A stretch of 64,000 bases of DNA from the NCBI RefSeq assembly GCF_041886205.1, contig NZ_CP169029.1. One strand, 5' to 3'. Below, piece by piece: positions 30,470 through 41,546 of this stretch (position 1 is its first letter; the number at the start of each line of letters is the position of its first letter). The DNA is from Escherichia coli. GTDB taxonomy: Bacteria > Pseudomonadota > Gammaproteobacteria > Enterobacterales > Enterobacteriaceae. Under the pieces are notes generated by a model that saw nothing but the letters and a program-made list of their open reading frames with translations, was not told where the DNA came from and did no database searches. Made by a program: the position numbers and the translations under genes.

Positions 30470-30838
30470 GAAACACCAAACGGGACGGTTACAGTCACCA
30501 TAAGCGATGATCATAACTTTGACCGTCAAATCATTATTCCGCCCATTATCTTTAACGGAATAGCGTATAGCGATCCGGGAAGTGGTAATAACCCGGGAGG
30601 TACAAGATACACGGGTTATGGTTTTGAAGTTCGCAAAAACGGTGTATTAATCGCATCCAGAGAAACTAAAGGGGCCATTCCCGGTAGCTACAGTGCGGTT
30701 ATTGATATGCCGAGTGGCAGGGGAAGCGTCACTCTGGAGTTTAAGGTTTTCCATAAAGGCAATCAGTGGGCAGGTAATATCACCGACTGTACGGTGATTG
30801 TGACCAAAAAAGCCGCTTCCGGCATCAGTATTCGTTGA
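30470..30838 (+). pseudogene. start-less 3' gene remnant (about 122 codons) ending at a terminator; possibly a tail-gene relic
   Basis: Open frame with no ATG/GTG/TTG for the first ~77 codons; upstream frames suggest a frameshifted longer gene; synteny position upstream of lom. Confidence 0.3.
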
Positions 30839-30859
30839 AATTGTTATAACCCATATAAG

Positions 30860-30883
30860 GGCACCAGAAATGGTGCCTTTTTT
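30860..30883 (+). terminator. Rho-independent terminator
   Basis: Stem GGCACC/GGTGCC, loop AGAAAT, then T6. Confidence 0.55.
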
Positions 30884-30907
30884 ATTGCAGAAAAGCGAGA
30901 GGTAATT

Positions 30908-31507
30908 ATGCGTAAACTTTATGCCGCCATTTTGTCCGCAGCCATTTGTCTGGCCGTATCCGGTGCGCCTGCATGGGCATCTGAACATCAGTCCACGCTG
31001 AGCGCGGGGTATCTTCATGCCTCGACGAACGTTCCCGGCAGCGATGATCTTAACGGGATTAACGTGAAATACCGTTATGAGTTTACGGACACACTGGGGC
31101 TGGTGACGTCATTCAGCTATGCAGGAGACAAGAATCGCCAGCTTACCCGTTACAGCGATACCCGCTGGCATGAAGATTCCGTGCGTAACCGCTGGTTCAG
31201 CGTGATGGTGGGGCCGTCTGTGCGCGTGAATGAATGGTTCAGCGCGTATGCGATGGCGGGTGTGGCTTACAGCCGTGTGTCGACTTTCTCCGGGGATTAT
31301 CTCCGCGTAACTGACAACAAGGGGAAAACGCACGACGTGCTGACCGGAAGTGATGACGGTCGCCACAGCAACACGTCTCTGGCGTGGGGAGCTGGCGTGC
31401 AGTTTAACCCGACCGAATCCGTGGCCATTGATATTGCTTATGAAGGCTCCGGCAGTGGCGACTGGCGCACTGACGGTTTCATCGTGGGTGTCGGTTATAA
31501 GTTCTGA
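30908..31507 (+). CDS. lom: Ail/Lom-family outer-membrane beta-barrel protein
   Basis: 199 aa; signal peptide; alternating beta-strand pattern ending ...GVGYKF; sits before stf as in lambda. Confidence 0.8.
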
Positions 31508-31533
31508 TTAGCCAGGTAACACAGTGTTATGAC

Positions 31534-31560
31534 AGCCCGCCTGTTCAGGCGGGCTTTTTT
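31534..31560 (+). terminator. Rho-independent terminator after lom
   Basis: Stem AGCCCGCC/GGCGGGCT, loop TGTTCA, then T6. Confidence 0.65.
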
Positions 31561-31565
31561 GTGGG

Positions 31566-34043
31566 GTGAATATGGCAGTAAAGATTTCAGGTGTACTGAA
31601 AGACGGCACAGGAAAACCGGTACAGAACTGCACAATCCAGCTGAAAGCAAAACGTAACAGCACCGCGGTGGTGGTGAACACGCTGGCCTCAGAAAATCCG
31701 GATGAAGCCGGGCGTTACAGCATGGACGTTGAGTACGGTCAGTACAGCGTTATTCTGTTGGTGGAAGGATTCCCGCCGTCACATGCCGGGACCATCACCG
31801 TGTATGAAGATTCCCGACCCGGTACGCTGAATGATTTTCTCGGTGCCATGACGGAGGATGATGCCCGTCCGGAGGCTCTGCGACGTTTTGAACTGATGGT
31901 GGAAGAGGTGGCGCGTAACGCGTCCGCAGTGGCACAGAACACGGCAGCCGCGAAGAAGTCAGCCAGTGATGCCAGCACATCTGCCCGTGAGGCGGCAACT
32001 CATACAACCGATGCTGCAGGCTCAGCTCGTGCCGCCAGCACGTCAGCCGGACAGGCTGCATCATCTGCTCAGTCAGCATCTTCCAGCGCAGGAACGGCAT
32101 CAACAAAGGCCAGTGAAGCATCGAAAAGTGCTGCTGCTGCAGAGTCCTCAAAAAGCGCGGCGGCCACCAGTGCCGCTGCGGCGAAAACGTCAGAAACGAA
32201 TGCGGCAGCGTCACAACAATCAGCAGCCACTTCTGCATCCGCCGCGACCACGAAGGCGTCAGAAGCTGCCACCTCAGCCCGGGATGCGGCGGCCTCAAAA
32301 GAGGCGGCAAAATCATCAGAAACGAGCGCAGCCTCGAGCGCCAGTAGTGCAGCCTCCTCGGCAACAGCGGCAGGAAATTCCGCGAAGGCGGCAAAAACGT
32401 CCGAGACGAACGCTAAGTCTTCTGAGACGGCAGCAGCACAGAGTGCCTCCGCAGCAGCAGACTCAAAAACAGCGGCTGCCTCATCTGCCAGCGCCGCGTC
32501 AACAAATGCCGGGCAGGCCTCAGCCAGTGCCACCGCCGCCGGAAAATCGGCAGAAAGTGCTGCATCGTCCGCTTCAACAGCCACAACGAAGGCTGGCGAA
32601 GCCGCTGTACAGGCCAGCGCAGCAGCGAGGTCTGCTTCCGCAGCGAAGACATCCGAGACGAACGCGAAAGCGTCGGAAACCAGCGCAGAATCCTCAAAAA
32701 CGGCTGCCGCATCGTCCGCCAGTTCGGCGGCGTCATCGGCATCATCGGCGTCTGCTTCAAAAGATGAGGCGACCAGACAGGCGTCAGCAGCAAAGGGCAG
32801 CGCCACGACGGCATCCACGAAGGCGACAGAGGCAGCTGGCAGTGCGACGGCGGCAGCTCAGAGCAAAAGTACGGCGGAATCCGCGGCAACGCGCGCCGAG
32901 ACAGCGGCAAAACGGGCAGAGGATATTGCATCCGCCGTGGTGCTTGAGGATGCGAGCACGACGAAAAAGGGGATAACCATGCCACAGGCGAGTTCTGTTG
33001 TTTCAATTACGTTGATTGGTGGTGCGGGATTTAACGTGGGGTCACCTCAACAGGCAGGTATATCTGAACTTGTTTTGCGTGCAGGTAATGGTAATCCGAA
33101 GGGGATTACTGGTGCTTTATGGCAGCGCACATCGACAGGGTTTACAAATTTTGCCTGGGTCAATACATCTGGTGATACTTACGATATTTACGTTGCAATC
33201 GGAAATTATGCGACTGGTGTAAATATTCAATGGGATTATACCAGTAATGCCAGCGTGACGATTCATACGTCACCAGCATATTCTGCTAATAAGCCGGAAG
33301 GGTTAACGGACGGTACAGTTTATTCACTCTATACGCCATCAGAGCAGTTTTATCCGCCTGGCGCACCAATCCCGTGGCCATCAGATACCGTTCCGTCTGG
33401 CTATGCCCTGATGCAGGGGCAGACTTTTGACAAATCTGCATACCCGAAACTTGCAGCCGCTTATCCGTCAGGCGTGATCCCTGATATGCGTGGCTGGACG
33501 ATTAAGGGCAAACCCGCCAGTGGTCGTGCCGTATTGTCTCAGGAACAGGACGGCATTAAATCGCACACCCACAGCGCCAGCGCATCCAGTACGGATTTGG
33601 GGACGAAAAACACATCGTCGTTTGATTACGGAACCAAATCCACGAATAACACCGGGGCGCATACCCATAGTATTAGCGGGACTGCAAATAGTGCCGGTGC
33701 GCACCAACACAAGAGTTCCGGTGCATTTGGTGGCACGAACACGAGCATTTTCCCTAATGGTTATACCGCGATTTCAAATCTAAGCGCGGGGATTATGAGC
33801 ACAACAAGCGGTAGTGGCCAGACTCGTAATGCAGGGAAGACATCATCAGATGGTGCTCATACCCACTCGCTGTCCGGCACTGCTGCAAGCGCAGGCGCAC
33901 ATGCACATACTGTCGGTATTGGTGCTCATACGCACTCCGTTGCGATTGGTTCACATGGACACACCATCACCGTTAACGCTGCTGGTAACGCGGAAAACAC
34001 CGTCAAAAACATCGCATTTAACTATATTGTGAGGCTTGCATAA
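31566..34043 (+). CDS. side tail fibre protein Stf
   Basis: 825 aa; conserved N-terminus [20 protein letters not shown]; long Ala/Ser-rich repeats with KTSETNA units; C-terminal GAHTHS repeats; ATG at 31572 is the likely true start. Confidence 0.85.
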   Translation: MNMAVKISGVLKDGTGKPVQNCTIQLKAKRNSTAVVVNTLASENPDEAGRYSMDVEYGQYSVILLVEGFPPSHAGTITVYEDSRPGTLNDFLGAMTEDDARPEALRRFELMVEEVARNASAVAQNTAAAKKSASDASTSAREAATHTTDAAGSARAASTSAGQAASSAQSASSSAGTASTKASEASKSAAAAESSKSAAATSAAAAKTSETNAAASQQSAATSASAATTKASEAATSARDAAASKEAAKSSETSAASSASSAASSATAAGNSAKAAKTSETNAKSSETAAAQSASAAADSKTAAASSASAASTNAGQASASATAAGKSAESAASSASTATTKAGEAAVQASAAARSASAAKTSETNAKASETSAESSKTAAASSASSAASSASSASASKDEATRQASAAKGSATTASTKATEAAGSATAAAQSKSTAESAATRAETAAKRAEDIASAVVLEDASTTKKGITMPQASSVVSITLIGGAGFNVGSPQQAGISELVLRAGNGNPKGITGALWQRTSTGFTNFAWVNTSGDTYDIYVAIGNYATGVNIQWDYTSNASVTIHTSPAYSANKPEGLTDGTVYSLYTPSEQFYPPGAPIPWPSDTVPSGYALMQGQTFDKSAYPKLAAAYPSGVIPDMRGWTIKGKPASGRAVLSQEQDGIKSHTHSASASSTDLGTKNTSSFDYGTKSTNNTGAHTHSISGTANSAGAHQHKSSGAFGGTNTSIFPNGYTAISNLSAGIMSTTSGSGQTRNAGKTSSDGAHTHSLSGTAASAGAHAHTVGIGAHTHSVAIGSHGHTITVNAAGNAENTVKNIAFNYIVRLA

Positions 34044-34618
34044 TGGCATTCAGAATGAGTGAACAACCACAGACCATAAAAATTTATAATCTGCTGGCCG
34101 GAACTAATGAATTTATTGGTGAAGGTGACGCATATATTCCGCCTCATACAGGTCTGCCAGCAAACAGTACCGATATTGCACCGCCAGATATTCCGGCAGG
34201 CTTCGTGGCTGTTTTCAACAGTGATGAGGCATCGTGGCATCTCGTTGAAGATCATCGGGGAAAAACCGTCTATGACGTGGCTTCCGGCGACGCGTTATTT
34301 ATTTCTGAACTCGGTCCGTTACCGGAAAATGTTACCTGGTTATCGCCGGAAGGGGAGTTTCAGAAGTGGAACGGCACAGCCTGGGTGAAGGATACGGAAG
34401 CAGAAAAACTGTTCCGGATCCGGGAGGCGGAAGAAACAAAAAACAACCTGATGCAGGTAGCCAGTGAGCATATTGCGCCGCTTCAGGATGCTGCAGATCT
34501 GGAAATTGCAACGGAGGAAGAAATCTCGTTGCTGGAAGCATGGAAAAAGTATCGGGTATTGCTGAACCGTGTTGATACGTCAACTGCACAGGATATTGAA
34601 TGGCCAGCACTGCCGTAG
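34043..34618 (+). CDS. tail fibre assembly protein Tfa
   Basis: 191 aa; start overlaps the stf stop; typical Tfa N-terminus ([21 protein letters not shown]). Confidence 0.8.
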   Translation: MAFRMSEQPQTIKIYNLLAGTNEFIGEGDAYIPPHTGLPANSTDIAPPDIPAGFVAVFNSDEASWHLVEDHRGKTVYDVASGDALFISELGPLPENVTWLSPEGEFQKWNGTAWVKDTEAEKLFRIREAEETKNNLMQVASEHIAPLQDAADLEIATEEEISLLEAWKKYRVLLNRVDTSTAQDIEWPALP

Positions 34619-34715
34619 GGTAAAACATATAAATTCTATAATTAGATGTATCTTTCCATTTACGGCAAGGAAGGGGGCTTGGAACACGTAAAGCATCTCA
34701 CACCGAGATTATTTT

Positions 34716-35306
34716 TTATATGTCAGGTGTCTGAAGTTTTGCTTTGGCTCTTAAAATGGTTTGCCGCGAGGTTTTGAATTCCCGGGCAATGGCACTTATA
34801 CTTACACCTGACTTAATTCGTTCGAATACCACCTGTTTCTGTTCTTCATTTAACACAGGTGGTCGACCAAAACGTTTCCCTGCGCCGCGGGCTCTTACTA
34901 TCCCGGAATGAGTGCGTTCAAGTAAAAGGTCTCGTTCAAATTCAGCGACTGCTGAAATTACTTGCATCATCATTTTTCCTGTTGGACTGGTCAGGTCAAT
35001 GCCACCCAATGCTAAGCAATGCACTCTGATACCTGTTTCGGTCAGTTGTTCCACTGTTTTCCTGATATCCATTGCATTACAACCAAGGCGATCCAGTTTT
35101 GTCACAATCAATTGATCACCACATTTCAGGCGAGCAAGCAACCGGTTAAAACCAGGACGCTCACTGGTTGCTGCTGAGCCGCTAATGTGTTCTTCGATTA
35201 TTTGCTGAGGTTTGATTTTAAAACCTGCACTTTCGATTTCCCGGCGTTGATTTTCGGTGGTCTGATCCAGCGTTGATATCCGACAGTAAGCAAAAATTCG
35301 AGACAT
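34716..35306 (-). CDS. serine recombinase / DNA invertase (Pin/Gin/Hin family)
   Basis: 196 aa [20 protein letters not shown]... with catalytic Ser and C-terminal HTH. Confidence 0.9.
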
Positions 35307-35623
35307 AGTGAGACTCTATTCGAAATTGGTGTTCATATCATAATGCATCTCAGAAAATAATTATGATTATTTTTGTGCATATTTGTATGTACACGTTCGA
35401 AAATAAACGAATGCGTATGCAACCCCGTAATTTTTGGTGAGACCCAAAATCGATTTTGTGAAAAATGGCTTTAACTTGGTTTGTTTTTCGAGTTCCGGGC
35501 GGGCTCAAGGAAGAAGAATAGTGTTGCGTGTTATTTTAACCAGATTTCAAGTTGTTTGGACGTGGAAAAGTGGAGCAAAATGTTGTTAAAGTGGAAAAAT
35601 GATAAAAAAGTAAGTTTATTATA

Positions 35624-35857
35624 TTACATTTTACCATTTAAATTTTGGTTGTCTTTAAGAACTGATATCGCTGTTTGTAATAATTCTTTGTTATCCAGCC
35701 ATGATTTTTTCTTTATGTTTCCTTCAATGTAATCAAGCAATGTTCTGGTATTAATAGGTCTTCCCTGTTTTGCTACTTCCACTACAGCATCCCCTAGGAT
35801 AATTCTTACTTCAGGAAGCTGCGCAGGGAACCACTTAAGGGTGTCTTTTGATTTCAT
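35624..35857 (-). CDS. ydfK: YdfK/YnaE-family small protein
   Basis: 77 aa from MKSKDTLKWFPAQLPEVRIILGD...; last gene before the right junction. Confidence 0.75.
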   Translation of the reverse strand: MKSKDTLKWFPAQLPEVRIILGDAVVEVAKQGRPINTRTLLDYIEGNIKKKSWLDNKELLQTAISVLKDNQNLNGKM

Positions 35858-36642
35858 GAAGATATTCCTTAAAATATTATTGATTTTCATTGCGATATTG
35901 TATGTCTGATTCAGGATATGTTGACTTATACATCGGTTTTGTCTGGGTTATTGGATATGCCAATCCCTAATTTTATTAGGGCATGACTAAAAATGCTGAA
36001 TATGATAAGGAGAGAAGTGATTATCAGTATGCTGTTCATATAGCCTCGAATTAGTAATGTGTTATATATGATATAGTTGACAATTTTTATCTTGGGTGTT
36101 TTTAAAGTTCGTAGATAAACATTGTCGTTTCAGGTATACAGGAATGCTAGCAGGTGGCAGCAAAAATCAGGCGGTTTATGGCGCAAGCTGAAGCGGCAAC
36201 TGCAAACTATCTTATGCAGAGACTCTACACGGATTGGGTTTAAAAGTATACATAGATAACAGTTTTTATCTGAAAAAGAAAAATATCAAGGTGATATAGC
36301 CTATATGCCTTTGATGCGGAGGAATGACTGTGATGGGAGTGATGTATCTGAATAGTTGAAAAAACGCAGACACGCCTTATGCAAGAACGTGCTGCGGTTG
36401 GCTGGTAAATTTTTCGATAGTGTGAGTATTGAATGATTTCCAGCCGTTCTTGATTTTACGCATAAATCCATGAAAAAACTACTTATCTGTTGGGGAGTTT
36501 TTTTGGGGCATATATGGGACAGAAATAGGCCCCAGATAGACACTGAGATCGAACTTAGGATGCTTTTTAAAAAATGCAACTATCTGAAAAAACCTAGAAA
36601 ACGCCAAGGAAACCACAGGATGGGAAAAAACACCTGTGAATT

Positions 36643-37926
36643 ATGGATTTCCAGTTATATTCGCTCGGCGCAGCGTTAGTGTTTCATGAAATATTTTTTC
36701 CTGAATCATCAACGGCAATGGCGTTAATTCTGGCAATGGGAACCTACGGTGCAGGTTATGTGGCGCGTATTGTCGGAGCATTTATTTTCGGCAAAATGGG
36801 CGACAGAATAGGGCGTAAAAAAGTGCTCTTTATTACCATCACCATGATGGGGATCTGTACTACCTTAATTGGTGTGCTGCCGACCTATGCACAAATTGGT
36901 GTTTTTGCACCCATCTTGCTGGTGACGCTGCGTATTATTCAGGGGTTGGGTGCAGGTGCGGAAATTTCCGGTGCCGGTACGATGCTGGCGGAATATGCGC
37001 CAAAAGGTAAGCGCGGAATTATCTCCTCATTTGTGGCTATGGGAACTAACTGCGGAACCTTGAGCGCAACGGCAATCTGGGCCTTTATGTTCTTCATTCT
37101 CAGTAAAGAGGAACTGCTGGCGTGGGGATGGCGTATACCGTTCCTGGCGAGCGTTGTCGTGATGGTCTTTGCTATCTCGTTACGTATGAATCTGAAAGAA
37201 AGCCCGGTCTTTGAGAAGGTTAATGACAGCAACCAACCGACAGCAAAACCTGCACCTGCTGGTAGCATGTTCCAGAGCAAATCCTTCTGGCTGGCAACAG
37301 GGCTGCGTTTTGGTCAGGCGGGTAACTCCGGGTTAATTCAGACTTTCCTTGCAGGCTATTTAGTGCAGACGTTATTGTTTAACAAAGCAATTCCAACAGA
37401 TGCATTGATGATTAGTTCGATTCTCGGCTTTATGACCATTCCGTTCCTTGGTTGGTTATCCGATAAAATTGGTCGCCGGATCCCGTATATTATTATGAAT
37501 ACCTCCGCGATTGTGCTGGCATGGCCAATGCTTTCTATCATCGTAGATAAAAGCTATGCCCCGAGCACCATTATGGTTGCACTGATTGTGATTCATAACT
37601 GTGCGGTGCTGGGATTATTTGCTCTGGAAAACATTACCATGGCAGAAATGTTCGGCTGTAAAAACCGCTTTACCCGGATGGCTATTTCTAAAGAAATTGG
37701 TGGTCTTATCGCTTCCGGTTTTGGTCCTATCCTGGCGGGTATTTTCTGCACCATGACGGAATCCTGGTATCCGATCGCCATTATGATCATGGCATATTCA
37801 GTGATTGGTTTAATCTCTGCGCTGAAAATGCCAGAGGTGAAAGACCGTGATTTAAGTGCGCTGGAAGACGCTGCGGAAGATCAACCGCGTGTTGTAAGAG
37901 CTGCGCAACCTTCCAGAAGTCTGTAA
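36643..37926 (+). pseudogene. ydfJ: 3' portion of ydfJ (MFS transporter), 5'-truncated by the prophage
   Basis: 427 aa MFS protein lacking about the first 30 aa and first TM helix, which are at 12444-12536. Confidence 0.7.
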
Positions 37927-37935
37927 ACCCTCAAT

Positions 37936-37965
37936 CCCTTCTCTTACCGGAGAGGGGATTTTTAT
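37936..37965 (+). terminator. Rho-independent terminator after ydfJ
   Basis: Stem CCCTTCTC/GAGAGGGG with one G-U pair, then ATTTTTATT. Confidence 0.5.
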
Positions 37966-38013
37966 TCATATAACAAAACATGTAGCTTGCATATTTAAAT
38001 TTAAGGAATTGTT

Positions 38014-39474
38014 ATGGGAAATAATTTGTTATCAGCAAAAGCGACGCTCCCTGTTTATGATCGTAATAACCTAGCTCCAAGAATTGTTCATTTAGGCTTT
38101 GGTGCATTTCACCGTGCGCATCAGGGTGTGTATGCCGATATTCTTGCTACGGAACATTTCAGTGACTGGGGATATTATGAGGTCAACTTAATCGGCGGCG
38201 AACAGCAAATTGCCGATTTACAACAGCAAGATAATCTTTATACCGTTGCGGAAATGTCGGCCGATGTGTGGACGGCTCGCGTTGTTGGCGTCGTTAAAAA
38301 AGCCTTGCACGTACAGATAGATGGCTTAGAAACCGTGTTGGCAGCGATGTGTGAACCGCAAATCGCGATTGTCTCTCTGACAATCACCGAAAAAGGGTAT
38401 TTCCACTCTCCGGCGACCGGACAGTTAATGCTCGATCACCCGATGGTAGCTGCCGACGTGCAAAATCCCCACCAGCCGAAAACAGCAACAGGGGTGATTG
38501 TTGAGGCGCTGGCTCGCCGTAAAGCGGCAGGACTTCCCGCATTTACCGTCATGTCATGTGACAACATGCCAGAAAACGGTCATGTTATGCGTGACGTTGT
38601 CACTTCCTACGCACAAGCCGTTGATGTAAAACTGGCACAATGGATCGAAGATAACGTGACTTTCCCATCAACAATGGTGGACCGTATTGTGCCCGCAGTG
38701 ACAGAGGATACGCTGGCGAAAATCGAACAACTTACCGGTGTGCGCGATCCTGCGGGCGTTGCCTGTGAACCTTTCCGCCAGTGGGTAATAGAAGATAACT
38801 TTGTTGCCGGACGTCCGGAATGGGAAAAAGCGGGAGCCGAACTGGTTAGCGATGTGCTGCCTTATGAAGAGATGAAGTTGCGCATGCTCAACGGCAGTCA
38901 TTCATTCCTGGCGTATCTGGGGTATCTTGCAGGATATCAGCACATTAATGACTGTATGGAAGATGAACATTATCGTTATGCGGCGTATGGCTTGATGTTG
39001 CAGGAACAAGCGCCGACGTTGAAAGTGCAGGGCGTTGATTTGCAAGATTACGCTAACCGATTAATTGCACGCTATAGCAACCCGGCGTTACGTCATCGAA
39101 CCTGGCAGATTGCGATGGATGGTAGCCAGAAATTGCCACAGCGGATGTTGGATTCTGTTCGCTGGCATCTGGCGCATGACAGCAAGTTCGATCTGCTGGC
39201 GCTGGGCGTCGCGGGTTGGATGCGTTATGTCAGTGGTGTTGATGAACAGGGAAATCCGATAGAAATCAGTGACCCACTGTTACCTGTTATTCAGAAGGCT
39301 GTACAAAGTAGTGCCGAAGGGAAAGCGCGCGTCCAGTCATTGCTGGCGATTAAGGCGATCTTTGGTGATGATTTGCCAGACAATAGTTTGTTTACTGCAA
39401 GAGTGACGGAAACGTACTTGTCTTTATTAGCGCATGGCGCGAAAGCGACCGTGGCAAAATATTCCGTGAAGTAA
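38014..39474 (+). CDS. ydfI: mannitol-dehydrogenase-family oxidoreductase
   Basis: 486 aa with N-terminal Rossmann motif ([12 protein letters not shown]). Confidence 0.85.
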   Translation: MGNNLLSAKATLPVYDRNNLAPRIVHLGFGAFHRAHQGVYADILATEHFSDWGYYEVNLIGGEQQIADLQQQDNLYTVAEMSADVWTARVVGVVKKALHVQIDGLETVLAAMCEPQIAIVSLTITEKGYFHSPATGQLMLDHPMVAADVQNPHQPKTATGVIVEALARRKAAGLPAFTVMSCDNMPENGHVMRDVVTSYAQAVDVKLAQWIEDNVTFPSTMVDRIVPAVTEDTLAKIEQLTGVRDPAGVACEPFRQWVIEDNFVAGRPEWEKAGAELVSDVLPYEEMKLRMLNGSHSFLAYLGYLAGYQHINDCMEDEHYRYAAYGLMLQEQAPTLKVQGVDLQDYANRLIARYSNPALRHRTWQIAMDGSQKLPQRMLDSVRWHLAHDSKFDLLALGVAGWMRYVSGVDEQGNPIEISDPLLPVIQKAVQSSAEGKARVQSLLAIKAIFGDDLPDNSLFTARVTETYLSLLAHGAKATVAKYSVK

Positions 39475-39508
39475 AAAAGCAATGCCGCCATCGGCGGCAT
39501 TCACACGC

Positions 39509-39712
39509 TTAGTTCATGCCGAGACGAATCAGGTCCAGTGGTGCCAGTTTCTCTTCACAACCTTCAACAACTACGGTTTTTCCGCGGCGGATTTGCTCAG
39601 CGGTCAGACCTTCAGTATCAATCGACAGGATCTTGCCAGTGTGACCGGTGCCGCTAACCATAACACGGCTGCCAGTGGTGATTGCGTTACGGTTACGATC
39701 GTAGGTCGTCAT
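39509..39712 (-). CDS. ydfZ: small protein YdfZ
   Basis: 67 aa [28 protein letters not shown]... Confidence 0.7.
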
Positions 39713-39888
39713 AGGTGTTTTCTCCTTTCTGATTTACAGTCGAAGCCCACGTAACGGGCGCAATATAAATACTCCTGTCGAGTGAAATATTTTTTGTTTT
39801 TGATCAAGCTCACATCTTTTTTGATGCATGCATGAGCCATAAGGCGGGGGAAAAGACTCTCACCCCGGATGGGATGAGAGGAAATGAA

Positions 39889-40575
39889 TTACTCTTCGCT
39901 AAACCAGTCGCTGTTTTCCTGGCGGATCTGGCGCACGGATTCGCTGATTTCCTGCAAATGTTGCGTCATTGCACGTTCTACCGCATCGCCATCACGTTTT
40001 TGCAGGGCAGAGAAAATATCAAGATGCTGGCGTAACAGCATTTCTGGTGGAGAAACGTGGTCGAAACTCATATAGCGCACGCGATCAACGGTCGCTTTCA
40101 GGTTCTCAATGGTATCCCACGCCAGTTGACAGTCGGCAATCTGCGTCAGGAGTTGATGGAAGTTGTCATCAAGTTCAAAAAAATCATCCAGTTGCTTGCG
40201 CTCAATGGCAATGCGTTGCTGGTGAAGATTTTGTTCCAGTTGATAGCACTGGCTTTCGGTAATCATGCTCGCCGCCCGACGCGCCACCGCGCACTCAATG
40301 GCCTGACGGATAAAACTGCCGTTGCGCACCTGGGCCATGGAAATTTTGTTGACGTAGCTGCCACGTTGCGGACGAATTTGAATCAGGCCGTTTTCCGCCA
40401 GTTTAATAAAGGCTTCACGAACCGGCTGGCGTGACACATTGAAACGAACAGAAACTTCTTTTTCCGACAACGGTGTGCCTGGAGCAATCAGGCAATGGAC
40501 AATGTCGCGACGAAGAATACGATAAATCTGCTGATTGACAGGCTGTGTGGGATTAAGTTGCGTTTCGACGGTCAT
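39889..40575 (-). CDS. ydfH: GntR/FadR-family transcriptional regulator
   Basis: 228 aa; N-terminal winged-HTH, C-terminal FCD-type domain. Confidence 0.8.
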
Positions 40576-40663
40576 TCGTTCTTGCTTGTGAGTGAGTTAA
40601 CTGCATGAGTCTACCACTTTTTTGTGACAAGCAATAACCCGGCAGTTACGCCGGGTATAAAAA

Positions 40664-41410
40664 TTACTGACGGTGGATATTCAGTCCGGCATAGCTTTGG
40701 GTAACCGGCATCATTTCCAGGGTATTGATATTGACGTGAGCAGGCAGCGTTGACACCCACCAGACGGCTTCGCTGACATCTTCTGGCGTCAATGCAACGG
40801 TATTTTGATAGGTTTTTTCTGCTTTACCGTCATCGCCTTTAAAGCGGACATTGGAAAACTCGGTACCACCCACCAGACCCGGTTCGATGTCGGTGACGCG
40901 CACCGCCGTACCATGCAGATCCGTACGCAGATTCAGGCTAAACTGACGAACAAACGCTTTCGTCGCACCGTAAACGTTACCACCGGCATACGGCCAGCTA
41001 CCTGCCGTTGAGCCAATGTTAATAATATGACCATGATTACGTTCAACCATACCCGGTAAGACGGCGCGCGTCATATATACCAAGCCTTTGTTGTTGGTAT
41101 CAATCATCGTTTCCCAGTCTTCAACGCTGGCTTTATGCGCAGGCTCCATGCCCAACGCTAGGCCGGCATTATTTACCAGGATATCAATATTGCACCACTC
41201 GGCAGGAAGCGATGCCAGCATCTCTTCAATAGCGGCGCGGTTGCGAACGTCCAGTTGGGCGATATACAGATTATCTCCCAGTTCGTCTTTTAACTCCTGC
41301 AACCGTTCCTGGCGACGGCCAGTGGCGATAACTTTATGCCCTTGTTGAATAAAACGACGAGTAATGCATTCACCAAAACCTGCCGTTGCTCCAGTTACTA
41401 AAACGATCAT
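40664..41410 (-). CDS. ydfG: NADP-dependent short-chain dehydrogenase
   Basis: 248 aa from MIVLVTGATAGFGE...; SDR motifs TGxxxGxG and YxxxK; RBS GAGGA. Confidence 0.85.
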   Translation of the reverse strand: MIVLVTGATAGFGECITRRFIQQGHKVIATGRRQERLQELKDELGDNLYIAQLDVRNRAAIEEMLASLPAEWCNIDILVNNAGLALGMEPAHKASVEDWETMIDTNNKGLVYMTRAVLPGMVERNHGHIINIGSTAGSWPYAGGNVYGATKAFVRQFSLNLRTDLHGTAVRVTDIEPGLVGGTEFSNVRFKGDDGKAEKTYQNTVALTPEDVSEAVWWVSTLPAHVNINTLEMMPVTQSYAGLNIHRQ

Positions 41411-41546
41411 CTCACTGTTCCTCAACGCTTTTGTGTGTCAATAACATAGCACGGGATGCTTAAGAGCGGGTAATACTGGATTGCAAGATTGCACTCCGTT
41501 ATCAGTAAGCCTACGCTATGGAACACCTCGCGTTCAGGAGAAGAAA

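Noticed and set aside
31739-33006. Multiple long ORFs on both strands inside stf (31795..32394 -, 31966..32976 +, 32069..32818 -, 32413..33006 -) with extreme Arg/Pro/Gln or Ala/Asp composition
   Set aside because: They lie entirely within the Ala/Ser-rich repeat region of the Stf frame; GC-rich repeats keep other frames open by chance; no RBS and implausible composition.
34332-34628. Minus-strand 98-aa ORF overlapping tfa as a possible inverted alternative tfa
   Set aside because: Its sequence is not Tfa-like, and it is antisense to an intact Tfa with coupled start; no flanking inverted repeats were seen by eye.
36301-36679. ORFs 36301..36579 (-) and 36470..36679 (+) at the prophage right end
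   Set aside because: They overlap each other and the att junction, have no RBS and low-complexity sequence; treated as non-coding.
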